Part shown: positions 18,754 through 29,400 of the stretch, piece after piece | Layout of the letters: the number at the start of each line of letters is the position of its first letter | How positions within the stretch are numbered: position 1 is the stretch's first letter | Translations under genes and position numbers: made by a program | Assembly (NCBI GenBank): GCA_016872355.1 | Contig: VGZY01000001.1 | Coordinates: forward strand, 33,803-97,802 | DNA from: SAR202 cluster bacterium | GTDB lineage: Bacteria > Chloroflexota > Dehalococcoidia > Lucifugimonadales > VGZY01 | DNA: 64,000 nucleotides | Direction of reading: 5' to 3' | The notes under the pieces: model-generated | What the model saw: only the letters and a program-made list of their open reading frames with translations | Databases searched by the model: none | What the model was told of the DNA's origin: nothing

Positions 18754-20351
18754 TTTGTTCCCGGGACCCTCTCTACGCCGAAGCTCGGTATGCGCTCAAA
18801 ATCCCTGTAACGGGTCTGTATCTCCACCTGGTTGATGCGTGAGGTCCACCCGGACGTGGGCTCGTGGTATTTGAGCTCCACCTCGAGGCTATTCTCTCCA
18901 CGCTTCAGGTCGTCCATCTCCAGCTTGTACTGGAACCAGTGCGCGTTGTAGCCGGGCTTGTCCTTCAGCTTCGCAGGGAAGGTGCCCGGGATGCGCGCCG
19001 CGCCCTCATTGACTATCTCGGCGTCTTCCCACCTGAGGTTGCGACCGTTGAAGACCACCTCAACCTTATCGTCCGCGCAGTAGTCCACGAACCAGATCGT
19101 CAGCACCGGGCGCCGCATCTCGCCGTTCGCCTTCGCATCCGCAATATCGTCCGCCACCCAGATGGAGAGCTTGCGGCGCTTGCCGACCTCCAGCGTAACC
19201 GGCAGTTGCCTGTCCGTCGGCCCGGCGGCGTAGGTGGGAGTTTCGTCCGGGGGCAGTACGTAACGCTTGGCCTTCCACGCCTGCGCGTCCGGATGGGCCA
19301 TCTCGCGCAGCACAGCATACTCCGCCTCTGCGAGCGGCCACGGCAGGTAGCCGAGGTACAGCCCGGCGAAGCCCTGCCACGCCAGGGTCTGGCTGAGGGC
19401 GCGGAACATCTCTATGTGCGGGATGAGCGAGCGCTCGTCGTAGGCCCGGCGCGGCGGGCGCAGGTATGCGGCGGCGCCGGCGGCGTTGGCGGCATCCGCC
19501 AGCCACTGCCCTTCCTTGATGCCTGTATCGAATACGGAATATGGCGTGTTCCCGACGATGTAGTCGACGCTGCCCTCCTTGAGCCACGTCTCCGCGTCCA
19601 TACCCCACTTGAGGTTCTCATCGCGGCGATGGAATACGCGGGCGCAGACCGGCACCGCCCTGCCCTGTTTCGCGCCGACCTCGTTCGCGATCGCCTTCAC
19701 CTGTGCGACGAAACGGCTCATGAGCGGGGTGTTCTTCTCGACCTCTGCCTTGCGGAAGTAGCGAGGCCGGAATACGAAGTCCAGCTCAATGCCGTCCGCC
19801 TGGTAGTCCACGAGCATCTCGCGGACCATCGCCAGCTTCTCCTCGCGGACGATGTCGAGCGAGTAGTCATAGCACCAATCGGTATCGCGCAGGCTCTCTT
19901 CTACCTCGTTGAGGCAGACGGACTTGCCGTGCTGCATTTTGAGCTTGCCGTAGCGGTCCAGCCATACTGGCGAGTCGTCCGCAGGGTCCTGCAGCTTCAG
20001 GCTTGGGAAAACGGGGAGCCCTTTCTCCTTCCCTCTCTTTATGACCTCCCGCACCTGGTCGGTGCCCATCGCCGCGGCATCCTTGACCATGCGCATGATT
20101 CGCCAGTCTATGATGTCCCGCCACACCTCCTGGCCCTGCCCCGTGACTCGACCTACCTTGCTCTGGTGGAAGTATACGTCGCCGTAACCCAGTCCCAGAA
20201 CCAGGAGCTCTACGCCGGTGCCGAGCACCTCGTCGACGGGCTGGTGGAGCTTGCGGAGGCTTACGGGCGGGTCCAGGCGCTTGGCGTGAAAGTGGTGGGC
20301 GTCGTTGTAGTAGACCAGGCGTGGGTAGCGCATTCGTGTAGTCATTGGCAT
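18750..20351 (-). CDS. hypothetical protein, possibly a glycoside-hydrolase-like TIM barrel
   Basis: 533-aa ORF with clear coding character. Assignment is only by general resemblance (ADGIELDF, GLYLGYLPWP). No catalytic motif verified. Confidence 0.6.
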   Translation of the reverse strand: MPMTTRMRYPRLVYYNDAHHFHAKRLDPPVSLRKLHQPVDEVLGTGVELLVLGLGYGDVYFHQSKVGRVTGQGQEVWRDIIDWRIMRMVKDAAAMGTDQVREVIKRGKEKGLPVFPSLKLQDPADDSPVWLDRYGKLKMQHGKSVCLNEVEESLRDTDWCYDYSLDIVREEKLAMVREMLVDYQADGIELDFVFRPRYFRKAEVEKNTPLMSRFVAQVKAIANEVGAKQGRAVPVCARVFHRRDENLKWGMDAETWLKEGSVDYIVGNTPYSVFDTGIKEGQWLADAANAAGAAAYLRPPRRAYDERSLIPHIEMFRALSQTLAWQGFAGLYLGYLPWPLAEAEYAVLREMAHPDAQAWKAKRYVLPPDETPTYAAGPTDRQLPVTLEVGKRRKLSIWVADDIADAKANGEMRRPVLTIWFVDYCADDKVEVVFNGRNLRWEDAEIVNEGAARIPGTFPAKLKDKPGYNAHWFQYKLEMDDLKRGENSLEVELKYHEPTSGWTSRINQVEIQTRYRDFERIPSFGVERVPGTN

Positions 20352-20466
20352 AGCTCCGGAGTGGCGTTGACGGGAGCATGGTAGCAGGTGAACGCGACCG
20401 CGACAAACGGCCCGCGCCGCGATTGTGATAACTTAGTCCGGTCAACGAACTCTGGAGGAGCACACC

Positions 20467-21666
20467 ATGACCATCTACGAGTCCCTCGGCGCGCGCGCGA
20501 TCATCAACGTCTCCGGATCTTCCACACGTGTGGGCGGAGCGCTGATGCCGCAGAAGGTCGTTGAGGCCATGTCGCTGGCCGCGCTGGAGTCGGTATCAAT
20601 GACCGAGCTACAAGCTGCGGCGAGCAGGCGGATCAAGCAGGCGACCGGCGCGGAGGCCGGGTACGTCACCTCCGGCGCGGCGGCGGGGCTGACACTGGGC
20701 GCGGCGGCGATCATGGCCGGGCTGGACCCGGCGAAAATGGAGCGGCTGCCGGATACGACAGGGATGAAGAATGAATTCATAATCTCCCGCGAGCACCGCA
20801 ACGGCTATGACCACTCGATACGCCTTGCGGGCGCGAGGCTGATTGACGTTGGCATGAACGAGCAGGTGGCGGGCGCGGGAGTGCGCCGCACCGAGGCATG
20901 GGAGTACGAGGCAGCGATAACGGAGCGTACGGCGGGCATCGCATACGTTGCGCTGCCGGACAGCCAACCGCCCTTGCCGAGAGTGATCGAAGTCGCCCAC
21001 AAGTACAAGCTGCCGGTGCTGGTGGACGCCGCCGCGCAGCTTCCTCCGGCGGTCAACCTGCGCAGGTTCATCGACATGGGCGCGGACCTGGTTGCCTTCA
21101 GCGGCGGCAAGGCGATTCGCGGGCCGCAGTCCACGGGCATCCTCGCGGGGCGCAAGGACCTGATCGCATCGGTGGCGCTGCAGCACCTGGACATGGACGA
21201 GCACTTTGACATCTGGGAGCCGCCGGCGGACCTGATACCGAAGGACAAGCTCATCGGCATACCCAGGCACGGCATTGGCCGAGGGTTCAAAGTGGCGAAG
21301 GAGGGCATCGCCGGCATCATGACAGCTCTGGACCTCTTCACCCACGGGGTTTATAAGGTGGATATGGAGACATACCGCCGCTATTTGGAAGCGATTGCGG
21401 ACGGTGTAAGCGGGCTGCCGGTGGAGCCTCGCGTCATGCCCGCCAAAGGCGAAGGCTTCCCCATGCTCCACCTTGTTCTGGACACGAAGAAGATCGGACG
21501 CACTGCTTTTGAGGTATGCCGCGACCTGAAGCGCGGCGCCCCCGGCGTGTTCCCGAACGAGGGGATGCTGGAAAAGGACACCCTGGTCATCCACCCAATG
21601 AACCTCAGCGACGAGCGCGTTGAGGCGGTGGCGCGCCGCCTGCGCGAGGTGATGGGGAAGGGGTAG
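20467..21666 (+). CDS. SelA-like PLP-dependent enzyme (DgaE/aminotransferase class V-like)
   Basis: FSGGKAIRGPQSTGILAGRKDLI resembles the SelA-family PLP-lysine region (SGDKLLGGPQAG). 399 aa, which lacks the SelA N-terminal tRNA-binding part. Confidence 0.6.
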   Translation: MTIYESLGARAIINVSGSSTRVGGALMPQKVVEAMSLAALESVSMTELQAAASRRIKQATGAEAGYVTSGAAAGLTLGAAAIMAGLDPAKMERLPDTTGMKNEFIISREHRNGYDHSIRLAGARLIDVGMNEQVAGAGVRRTEAWEYEAAITERTAGIAYVALPDSQPPLPRVIEVAHKYKLPVLVDAAAQLPPAVNLRRFIDMGADLVAFSGGKAIRGPQSTGILAGRKDLIASVALQHLDMDEHFDIWEPPADLIPKDKLIGIPRHGIGRGFKVAKEGIAGIMTALDLFTHGVYKVDMETYRRYLEAIADGVSGLPVEPRVMPAKGEGFPMLHLVLDTKKIGRTAFEVCRDLKRGAPGVFPNEGMLEKDTLVIHPMNLSDERVEAVARRLREVMGKG

Positions 21667-21671
21667 CGGAG

Positions 21672-21701
21672 TTGCGTTAACTAGGCGTTTAGCCGTATAG
21701 T
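21672..21701 (+). promoter_or_regulatory. candidate sigma-70 promoter of the toxin-antitoxin-like pair
   Basis: TTGCGT (21672-21677), 18-nt spacer, TATAGT (21696-21701). GGGAG RBS before the ATG at 21724. Confidence 0.4.
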
Positions 21702-21723
21702 ATAGCCTGACGGCGGGAGCTTC

Positions 21724-22008
21724 ATGCGGACTTTCACGGACCGGAATGGACGTCTTGTCCGGCTAACTGATGAGCGCGTTTCTCATATCGCCCTAAAGCA
21801 CCCGGAAGTTAATGAGATGCTGGACGACATAGGCAGCGTTCTGGCCGGCCCAGACATCGTGACACCGGACCTGGCTCTGGAGGTCTACAGGTTTTACAGG
21901 TGGTTCGATGTAACGCCCAAAGGTCCGAAGTACCTCGTTGTGATGGCCAAGATGACCGCAACCGACGCATGGGTGTTAACTGCGTGGCTGACTGATCGAG
22001 TGAGATGA
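21724..22008 (+). CDS. putative BECR-fold/DUF4258-like RNase toxin
   Basis: 94 aa. The HIALKHPE motif (HxxxxHPE) and size match my recollection of DUF4258/Barnase-EndoU-ColicinE5/D-RelE-like toxins. It is immediately followed by a DUF2283-like gene. Confidence 0.5.
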   Translation: MRTFTDRNGRLVRLTDERVSHIALKHPEVNEMLDDIGSVLAGPDIVTPDLALEVYRFYRWFDVTPKGPKYLVVMAKMTATDAWVLTAWLTDRVR

Positions 22009-22021
22009 AGGAGATTGCTGC

Positions 22022-22462
22022 ATGGTAGAGACGGAAGAGGCGCAGTTCGAGCTTTCATACGATCCGGACGGCGACATGCTCGAATTCCTTGTCCCAGGGA
22101 AGGCAGCAGTCACATATCCCACATCAAACGAGCATGTCATGGTCCGCATCGACTCCGATGGCCGTGTAGTTGGGGTCATGGTGCGCGGCGTGTCGGCAAT
22201 GGGCGAAGCACCTTTCGACCTGAAACTGTCGTCCATAGTCGCCTCGAAGCGGAAGGTAACTACCAGTGTAGCCGCGCGGGAAATGGGGATATCGGTACGC
22301 CGTCTGCAGGCGTTGCTTCAGCAAGGCAGGGTGGAAGGCGCGGAGAGGGTTGGGCGTGATTGGCTCGTGCCGTTGCCAGCCGAGGTACGCCCGGGCCTTC
22401 GCGGGCCTCAGGGCGTTGCCAAACGAAAGCGCAACAAGTTCGCCTTCAAAGCCCCGGCGTAG
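22022..22462 (+). CDS. DUF2283-like domain fused to a C-terminal HTH (putative antitoxin)
   Basis: N-terminus YDPDGDMLEF...RIDSDGRVVGVMV is a DUF2283 pattern. The C-terminus TTSVAAREMGISVRRLQALLQQGRVEGAERVGRDWLVP is an excisionase/MerR-like HTH. Confidence 0.55.
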   Translation: MVETEEAQFELSYDPDGDMLEFLVPGKAAVTYPTSNEHVMVRIDSDGRVVGVMVRGVSAMGEAPFDLKLSSIVASKRKVTTSVAAREMGISVRRLQALLQQGRVEGAERVGRDWLVPLPAEVRPGLRGPQGVAKRKRNKFAFKAPA

Positions 22463-22471
22463 CGCGCGCCA

Positions 22472-22681
22472 TTAGAACCGCCGGCGGCCCTTGAGAGTGA
22501 ACATCACGACGGCCCACAGCACGATGCCGCTGATCACGAAAGGCAGGAAGCGCTTGAGGTCGCTGTCTATGTTGTAGGTCAGCCAGACGGCGACGAGAGG
22601 GAAAAAAGAACATCGCCAGGATGATGCCCACTCGTTTCCCGGTTCCCAATAGCTCCCTGCCTTCTCGCAAACTTGCTCCAT
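22472..22681 (-). CDS. small membrane protein, possibly frameshifted
   Basis: C-terminal TM FLPFVISGIVLWAVVMFTL. Combining with the overlapping frame across the A6/T6 run near 22600 would give a second TM (VGIILAMFFFPLVAVWLTY). Weak call. Confidence 0.35.
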   Translation of the reverse strand: MEQVCEKAGSYWEPGNEWASSWRCSFFPLVAVWLTYNIDSDLKRFLPFVISGIVLWAVVMFTLKGRRRF

Positions 22682-22691
22682 GGTAACACAG

Positions 22692-22743
22692 GGGTGCTGG
22701 GTGCTGGGTGCTGGTTCGAACCTAACACCTAACACCTAAAACC
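22692..22743. repeat. heptad-armed imperfect palindrome
   Basis: (GGTGCTG)x3, GTTCGAAC centre, then (CCTAACA)x2 and CCTAAAA. The reverse complement of the right unit (GTGTTAG) differs from the left unit (GTGCTGG) by two transitions. Confidence 0.7.
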
Positions 22744-23130
22744 CTACTTCTTCTTGGCCGTCTCCTCGGGGAACTCGGCCACGAAAGCCGCCTCCACCAG
22801 CATGTTGCTCTGCAGGCCCACGCCGTAGCACCGGCGGTTCACCGGGTGGCCCGCGAAGTACTCCGCCCACACCGCGTTGATCTCCTTCACGTCCCTGTTC
22901 ACGTGCTGCAGGTAGATGCGCGCCGAGCACACGTTGTGCTTGTTCAGCCCCGCCTCCGCAAGGACCTCGGTCAGCTGTTTGAAGATCTCCTTCATCTCCG
23001 CCGCGGGGCCGCCCTCAACCGGCTTCGACTGCCCGGGCGGCATGCCGGTCAGCACCGTCTCCAGTACTTTTCCGCTGTGGATGACAGCCGAGCTGAACGG
23101 AAAGCCCTCTTTGCTCCTCAGGAACTTCAT
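22744..23130 (-). CDS. RidA/YjgF/endoribonuclease L-PSP family protein
   Basis: 128 aa with the typical family layout (...ARIYLQHVNRDVKEINAVWAEYF...RRCYGVGLQSNMLVEAAFVA). Confidence 0.75.
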   Translation of the reverse strand: MKFLRSKEGFPFSSAVIHSGKVLETVLTGMPPGQSKPVEGGPAAEMKEIFKQLTEVLAEAGLNKHNVCSARIYLQHVNRDVKEINAVWAEYFAGHPVNRRCYGVGLQSNMLVEAAFVAEFPEETAKKK

Positions 23131-23261
23131 CGCAGACCTCCTTGAATTGTTGCTCCAACGGGTTGCCTAATTCTAATGGATTTCATACCATGCCGGGTGC
23201 GACAATGCCAACCGGCCCGCGCAGGCGCTCCGTGCCCCGGGCGTTCGCAGCAGGACGTACC

Positions 23262-26200
23262 ATGCAAGGCCAGACCACCGCACGCCGGGAGCTGCGTCTC
23301 ATCCCGCTTTCCGAAGCGCGCCACAGCCTGCGCGAGCTCGTTGCCGGCCTGAAGGGCGGCAACCCCCTGGCGCCTGTGACAGTGGTCGGGCCGTCCAACT
23401 ATGCCAACCTCTCCCTGCGCCACGCGCTCGGCCTCTCCGGCAGCGCCAACGTGAGGACCATCGTGCTTCCCCGGCTGGCGGAGATCCTTGGCGCTCCGGC
23501 CCTGGCCGCCTCCGGTCGCGTCCCCCTGACGCCGCTGATTGAGGGCGCAATCGTCCGCGCCGTGGCCGAGGGCGCGTCCGGCCCCCTCGGCGCGCTTGGC
23601 CACAACCCCGCCCTCCACCGCAGCCTCCGGCACACCTTCCGACGCCTGCGCCACGCCACGCCGGAGGCAGTCTCTGCGCTTGAGGCGGCGGGGCCGGTCC
23701 GGCGCGAGGTCGTGCGCCTGCTCCACCGGTACCGCGAGCTAACCACCAGGTACTATGACCGTGAGGACCTGGCGGCATCTGCTGCGGCGGCCGTCGCTAA
23801 CGGCAAGGCGCCTGCGCTGAAGGACCTGGGCGCCATTGTATTCTACCTCCCGCGAAGGCTCACGACCGGCGAGACTGCCCTCATTGCGGCCTTTGCCGCT
23901 CCTCCGGCCGGCGGCCCCTGCGCAGTAATGCTCGGCCTCACCGGAGACGAAACGGCAGACGCCCAGTCCCGTGCCCTTGTTGGCCGCCTCTCTGACGATT
24001 TTGGCTGCGACGAGACGCCTCCGACCGCGACAGGCCGCCTCACGCGCATCCTTGTTGCGCCCGACCCCCAGCAGGAGGTGCGGTGGGCCGCCCGCCGCAT
24101 CGTTCGGGCCGCCGGAGAGGGCACGCCGCTCCACCGCATGGCCCTCCTCTTCAGACAGGACGACCCGTACGCGACGCTCATCCACGACGAGATGGCCATG
24201 GCCGGCATTCCCACGACAGGCCCGGCCGCCGCCACCGTTGGCGACTCGGCCGTGGCGCGCTCCGTTATGGGCCTCCTGCGCATGGCGGGCTCCGACCTGC
24301 ACAGGGACGAGGTGATGGAGTGGCTTACCGGCTCTCCTGTGAAGGCCCCGGGCGGCGTCACCGCCGCGTTCAGCCCGTCGCGATGGGACTCCGTGTCACG
24401 CCGCGCGGGCATCGTCCGTGGCCCGGAGCAGTGGCGCGAGCGGCTGGACCGCTACGCCGCCGGGCTCGAGGGCTCCGCGGCACGAGGCGTGGAGCTCGGC
24501 GAAATGCCCGAGGAGACCGCGCAGGCAAATCTTGAGGAAGCGGCCTCCGCTAGGACGCTCGCGACGTTCATCGCCAGCCTGAATACCGCGGTCGCCCCAC
24601 CCCAGTCTCCATCATGGGAAGCCCTGTCCCGCTGGCTGGCAGGGCTGGTGGCGAGCTATGTCGATACCGGAGCGGCGCCCGCCCAGGAAACCTCGGCGAT
24701 GGAAAAGATCGCGGAAGCACTGTCCGAGGTTGAGGGGCTGGACGCCATCGACTCCCGGCCGACCCTCGCGAAGTTCGTAGCGACCTTCGAGGAGGCCCTG
24801 GCGGCCCCGCTCGGCCATACTGGGCGCTCGGGCCAGGGCGTGTTTGTCGCGCCGATCGGCGCGGCGGCCGGCATGGAGTTCGATCTCGTCCACATCGTCG
24901 GCATGGCTGAGGGCGCGCTACCACCGCGACCGAAGGAGGACCCCCTCGTCCCGGACCGCGACCGAAGGGCCGCCGGCGGTCCGGCGGCAGGCCTTCCGCT
25001 TGCCGAGGCCTCTCTGGAGGACGAGCGGTACAGCTACCTGGCCGCGCTGGCAGCCGCCGGAAGCGCAGTGCTCTCCTACCCCGCCGCCTCCGGCCAGCGC
25101 GGCCAGTTCGCATCCCACTGGCTCCTTGAGGCAGCATCCGGGCTGGAAGGCGCCGCCGTCTACTCCTCCACGCTGCGGGCGCTCAGGGACCGCCCCTGGT
25201 TGACGGTCATTGCCTCCGCGGAGCACGCCCTGGCGTCTGTTCGGACGGAGACGCCGGCCGACGCGCATGACTACGATATGGAGTCGCTCTGGCGCTGGCG
25301 AGCGGCCGACCTTCCAATGACGGCGCACCCGCTGGCGGCCGGCGGCCTGCTCTCGCGCTCACTTGCGCTCGACGGACACCGCCGCTCGCGCGCCCTCACC
25401 GAGTGGGACGGCGACCTCTCCGCGCTCGCCGCAGCCTCCAAGCGGCTGGACCCCGTGGGCCGCCGCGTCCTCTCGCCAACCTCGCTCGAGAAGTGGGCCA
25501 AGTGCCCTTACAGCTATTTCCTCTCCCGCGTTCTGGGGGTCGGCGAGATAGAACGGCCTGAAGAGGCCAACACCATTTCGCCCATGGAGAAGGGCTCCCT
25601 GGTCCACGGCGTGCTGGAGCGCTTCGTCGGAGAGGCACGGAAGGCTGGCGGGCCGCGCCCGGGCAGTCGCTGGACTGACGAGCACCGCCGGGCGCTCCAC
25701 GCCATGGCCGAGGAGGCGTTTACAGACGCCGAGGCGCGAGGCGTAACCGGCAAGCGGCTCCTGTGGCAGCTGGCAAGGGGCGACATCCTGACCGACCTGC
25801 TGACATTCCTGGAGGAGGACGACGGTTTCCGGGAGCGCTTCGGCATGGATAATTATGCGGTTGAGGCGGCGTTCGGCGTCGCTTCCGACAGCGGCGAGTC
25901 CTGGCCGCCGGTCGCGGTGGAGATACCCGGCGTGGGCAAGGTCCGGTTCCGGGGCGTGATAGACCGGGTGGACTTTGATGCGGCATCCCGCACCGCCATT
26001 GTGATCGACTACAAGACGGGGAGCCCCAACCCGTTCAGCGGCATGAAGAAGCACCCGATAGACCGCGGCAAACGGCTGCAGCTACCCATCTACGCGCTTG
26101 CGCTTCGGGCCGCGCTCGGCGATGACGTACAGGTGCGGGCGGCTTACTGGTTCGTCAGCGCCGGCGGCAAGTTCACTCTGATACCTGGGGAGCCGGCGGG

Positions 26201-26444
26201 GCTGGAAACTCTCCTGCCGGGTTTCCAATCGGCCGCCGCGGAGATCGTCTCCGGCATCCGCCAGGGGCTGTTCCCGGCCAACCCCGGCAAAATGCTTAAC
26301 GGCGGCTTCGAGAACTGCACGTTCTGCGAGTTCACCAGCGTGTGCCAGTCCCGCCGCGACGTTGCCTGGCAGCGCAAGAAGGCCGGGGACCCCAGGCTGG
26401 CGGGCTACGCCGCAATGGCGGAGCCGGAAGGGGACGCCGCATGA
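23262..26444 (+). CDS. addB: AddB/AdnA-like helicase-nuclease subunit (PD-(D/E)XK nuclease with Fe-S staple)
   Basis: No Walker A at the N-terminus. C-terminus has KCPYSYF ... GVIDRVDFDAASRTAIVIDYKTG ... NCTFCEFTSVC, i.e. the 1+3 Cys Fe-S cluster flanking a RecB-type nuclease motif. Start is ambiguous (ATG 23190, 23205 or 23262). Confidence 0.8.
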   Translation: MQGQTTARRELRLIPLSEARHSLRELVAGLKGGNPLAPVTVVGPSNYANLSLRHALGLSGSANVRTIVLPRLAEILGAPALAASGRVPLTPLIEGAIVRAVAEGASGPLGALGHNPALHRSLRHTFRRLRHATPEAVSALEAAGPVRREVVRLLHRYRELTTRYYDREDLAASAAAAVANGKAPALKDLGAIVFYLPRRLTTGETALIAAFAAPPAGGPCAVMLGLTGDETADAQSRALVGRLSDDFGCDETPPTATGRLTRILVAPDPQQEVRWAARRIVRAAGEGTPLHRMALLFRQDDPYATLIHDEMAMAGIPTTGPAAATVGDSAVARSVMGLLRMAGSDLHRDEVMEWLTGSPVKAPGGVTAAFSPSRWDSVSRRAGIVRGPEQWRERLDRYAAGLEGSAARGVELGEMPEETAQANLEEAASARTLATFIASLNTAVAPPQSPSWEALSRWLAGLVASYVDTGAAPAQETSAMEKIAEALSEVEGLDAIDSRPTLAKFVATFEEALAAPLGHTGRSGQGVFVAPIGAAAGMEFDLVHIVGMAEGALPPRPKEDPLVPDRDRRAAGGPAAGLPLAEASLEDERYSYLAALAAAGSAVLSYPAASGQRGQFASHWLLEAASGLEGAAVYSSTLRALRDRPWLTVIASAEHALASVRTETPADAHDYDMESLWRWRAADLPMTAHPLAAGGLLSRSLALDGHRRSRALTEWDGDLSALAAASKRLDPVGRRVLSPTSLEKWAKCPYSYFLSRVLGVGEIERPEEANTISPMEKGSLVHGVLERFVGEARKAGGPRPGSRWTDEHRRALHAMAEEAFTDAEARGVTGKRLLWQLARGDILTDLLTFLEEDDGFRERFGMDNYAVEAAFGVASDSGESWPPVAVEIPGVGKVRFRGVIDRVDFDAASRTAIVIDYKTGSPNPFSGMKKHPIDRGKRLQLPIYALALRAALGDDVQVRAAYWFVSAGGKFTLIPGEPAGLETLLPGFQSAAAEIVSGIRQGLFPANPGKMLNGGFENCTFCEFTSVCQSRRDVAWQRKKAGDPRLAGYAAMAEPEGDAA

Positions 26445-29400
26445 CGTTCAGACCGGCCGACCAGGACGCGCGAGATGCGATCAGGGACTGCCTGGACGAT
26501 ACGCTCTTCGTCGAGGCGGGCGCAGGCACCGGCAAGACGAGCAGCCTGGTCGAGCGCCTGGCGGCGCTCGTATCATCGGGGAAAGCGACGATCGACCGCG
26601 TGGCAGCGATCACCTTCACGGACGCCGCCGCGGCGGAGCTGCGCGACCGGGTCCGGGAGCGGCTGGAGAGGGCCACGAAGGACGATACGAAGCCTGAACG
26701 GGAGCGCGCACGGTGCCGCCAGGGTGTGCTGGACCTGGACCGCGCATCCATCCAGACCCTGCACAGCTTCGCGGCGGCGCTGCTTTCGGAGCGCCCGCTC
26801 GAAGCCGGCCTGCCGCCATCGTTTGACAAGCTGGACGAGATCGAGGCGGACATCGACTTTGAGGAGCGGTGGGCGGAGTGGCTGGAGGACGCACTGGACG
26901 ACCCTGCCCTCGAACCCGCGCTCGCCGCCGCGCTCTCCCTGGACATCACGCTTGAGCACCTTCACACCATCGCGCGCGGCTTCCACCGGGAATACGACAG
27001 GCTGGCGGCATCGGAATTCGCGCCGGCCGCCGCCCCCACGCCGGCCGCGGTCCCTCGCCTGCTTGCCGAGGCCGGCGAGATCGAGCGCCTCTGCAGATTC
27101 GCGCTCAAGGGGGACGCCGACCCGCTGGTCGCGCACTGCGCTGGCGTGCTTGCATCCGCCCGCCGCCTCGCCGGCATGTCGCCTTCGCAGCCTGCGGCGC
27201 TGAGGCTGCTCAACCGCACCTTGCCTTTTGCCGCCGCCAAGAAGGGCAATCAGAAGGAGTTCGAGACCGACCGGTTAACCGGGCAGAATGCGTGCAAGGC
27301 GCTCAAAGCGCTGCTGGCAGATCTGGACGAAGCGGTGAGGCAAGAGATTGAGGCCGCACGGCGGGCCGCGCTCATGCCGCTGCTGCGGGCCCTGCAGGGC
27401 TTCGTGCTGCAGCACGCATCGGAGCGGAGGCAGGCGGGCCGCGCGGAGTTCCATGACCTTCTGGTGTGGGCCCGCGACCTTCTTCGCGACAGCCTGGACG
27501 CGCGCGACCACTTCCGCTCGCACTTCTCCCACCTGCTCATCGACGAGGCCCAGGATACCGACACCATCCAGGCGGAGATCGCATTCTTCATCGCTGAAGA
27601 AGCTCCCGGGGCCGCGCCGGACAGCCGCCCGCGGGACTGGACAAGCGTGACGCCGGCGCCGGGGAAGCTCTTCGTTGTGGGGGACCCCAAGCAGTCGATA
27701 TACCGTTTCCGCCGGGCGGACGTGACGCAGCTTTCGGCCATACAGGCGCGCATGGGCGGACGCAAGTTGGAGCTGAAGCAGAACTTCCGCTCTCAGCGGC
27801 CGGCGACGGAATGGGTCAACCACCTGTTCGGGCAGTGGATGACAACGGGCGACGGTCAGGCGACGTACGTGCCTCTGGTTCACCGCTGGGAGCCGGACCC
27901 GGCCCACCCCCGCTCGGCCGCCGTGTGGGCGCTGGGAGGCGAGTCCGACCTCAAGACGGTTGACGCCGTGCGCAGGCAGGAGGCTGAAGAGATCGCCGCG
28001 CTCATTCGCACCGTCCGCTCCGAGGGATGGCCGGTGCTGGACAAGGACTCCTCTGTCGAAGAGGCGGTATACCGGCCGGCGGCGTACCGTGACATCTGCA
28101 TCCTGATACCGACGCGCACGGGGCTGCGGACTCTGGAGTTGGCGCTGGAGGACGCCCGGGTGCCGTTCCGTCTGGAGGGGGCGTCGCTCATATTCAACAC
28201 GCAGGTGGTGCGCGACATCCTGAGCTGCCTGCGCGCCATCGACGACCCAACGGACAGGATTGCGCTCGTGGGCGCGCTGCGGTCGCCTGCCTTCGCCTGC
28301 TCGGACGTGGACCTGCTCGCGCACGTGGACTCCGGCAGCGCGCTCGACTACCTGTCGCCGCCGCAGCCCGGCGCGCCCGCAACAGTCGCCGAGGCGTTGC
28401 TCGCGCTGCGGGGCTACCACGAGCGGCGCATGTGGACCACCATCCCCGCTCTGATCGATGCCTTCGTTCGCGACAGGAGGCTGCTTGAAGCGTCCATGTC
28501 CCAGGCGCGGCCGCGTGAGCAGTGGCGGCGCTACCGATTCCTGGTGGAGCAGGCGCGCGCCTTCGTGTCCGCCGGTGGGACATCGCTGCGCGCCTTCCTG
28601 CAGTGGATAGACCGCCGCATGGAGGAGGGCGCGCGCGTGACGGAGACGCCGGTGCCGGAGAGCGACGAGGACGCGGTGCGGATAATGACCGTTCACGCGT
28701 CCAAGGGACTGGAGTTCCCGGTCGTAATCCTTACCGCACTGAACGCGGACAGGAAATCGCGTGTTGAGCCGGTGCTGGCGGACAGGGCGGGAGGAGGGTT
28801 GGAGGTCTGCATCGGCGAAAAGGACACGGCGTTCGAAACGGCAGGCTTCAAGATACTGGCGGAACTCGAGAAGCGCATGGAGGACCTGGAGTTCGTCCGG
28901 CTCATGTACGTCGCCGCTACGCGGGCGCGCGACCACCTTGTGGTCTCCGTGCACCGCAAGGCCGGCGATGAGAAGTCCGCCGCGGCGACCATCGCAAGTA
29001 AGTTCAAGGACGCTCCCGCCTTGTGGCGGCCCGTACCCGTAGAGTGCCTGTCGCCGGCCAGCGCCTGGCCGCAGGCCTTGCTGGGCCAGCCCGTAGAGGA
29101 GGCGGGGACCGTGACGTCCCATACAACGCTCTCCGACCGCGCTGCGTGGCTAACCGCCCACGAGGCGCTCATCGCGGCGCGCAGCAGGCCGCTTGCGGTT
29201 GCCGCCACGACGCTCGCGCAAGAGGCCCGCGCCGACCGGCCGGACGATCCCGAGCAGCCGTGGAGGCGAGGCCGCGCGGGGACTAATATTGGCCGTGCGG
29301 TGCACGCCGTACTCCAGACCGTTGACCTCGCCACCGGCGAGGGCCTCGATGCCGCCGTAGCCGCACAGGCCACCGCCGAAGGGGTGCCGCACCGCCGCGG

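Noticed and set aside
22706-22722. tRNA-like T-loop strings (GGTTCGAACC at 22713-22722; GTTCGAAT inside the 55-bp repeats at about 57378 and 57433)
   Set aside because: No acceptor, D or anticodon arms can be built around them. The first is simply the centre of a palindrome. I found no tRNA gene in the window.
23142-23261. Extended N-terminus of the AddB-like protein (ORF-track start at 23142) overlapping the divergent RidA promoter region
   Set aside because: The first 16-40 codons (MNCCSNGLPNSNGFHT...) have no homology to AddB-like proteins and begin 12 nt from the RidA start. An internal ATG (23190, 23205 or 23262) is more plausible, though I cannot tell which.
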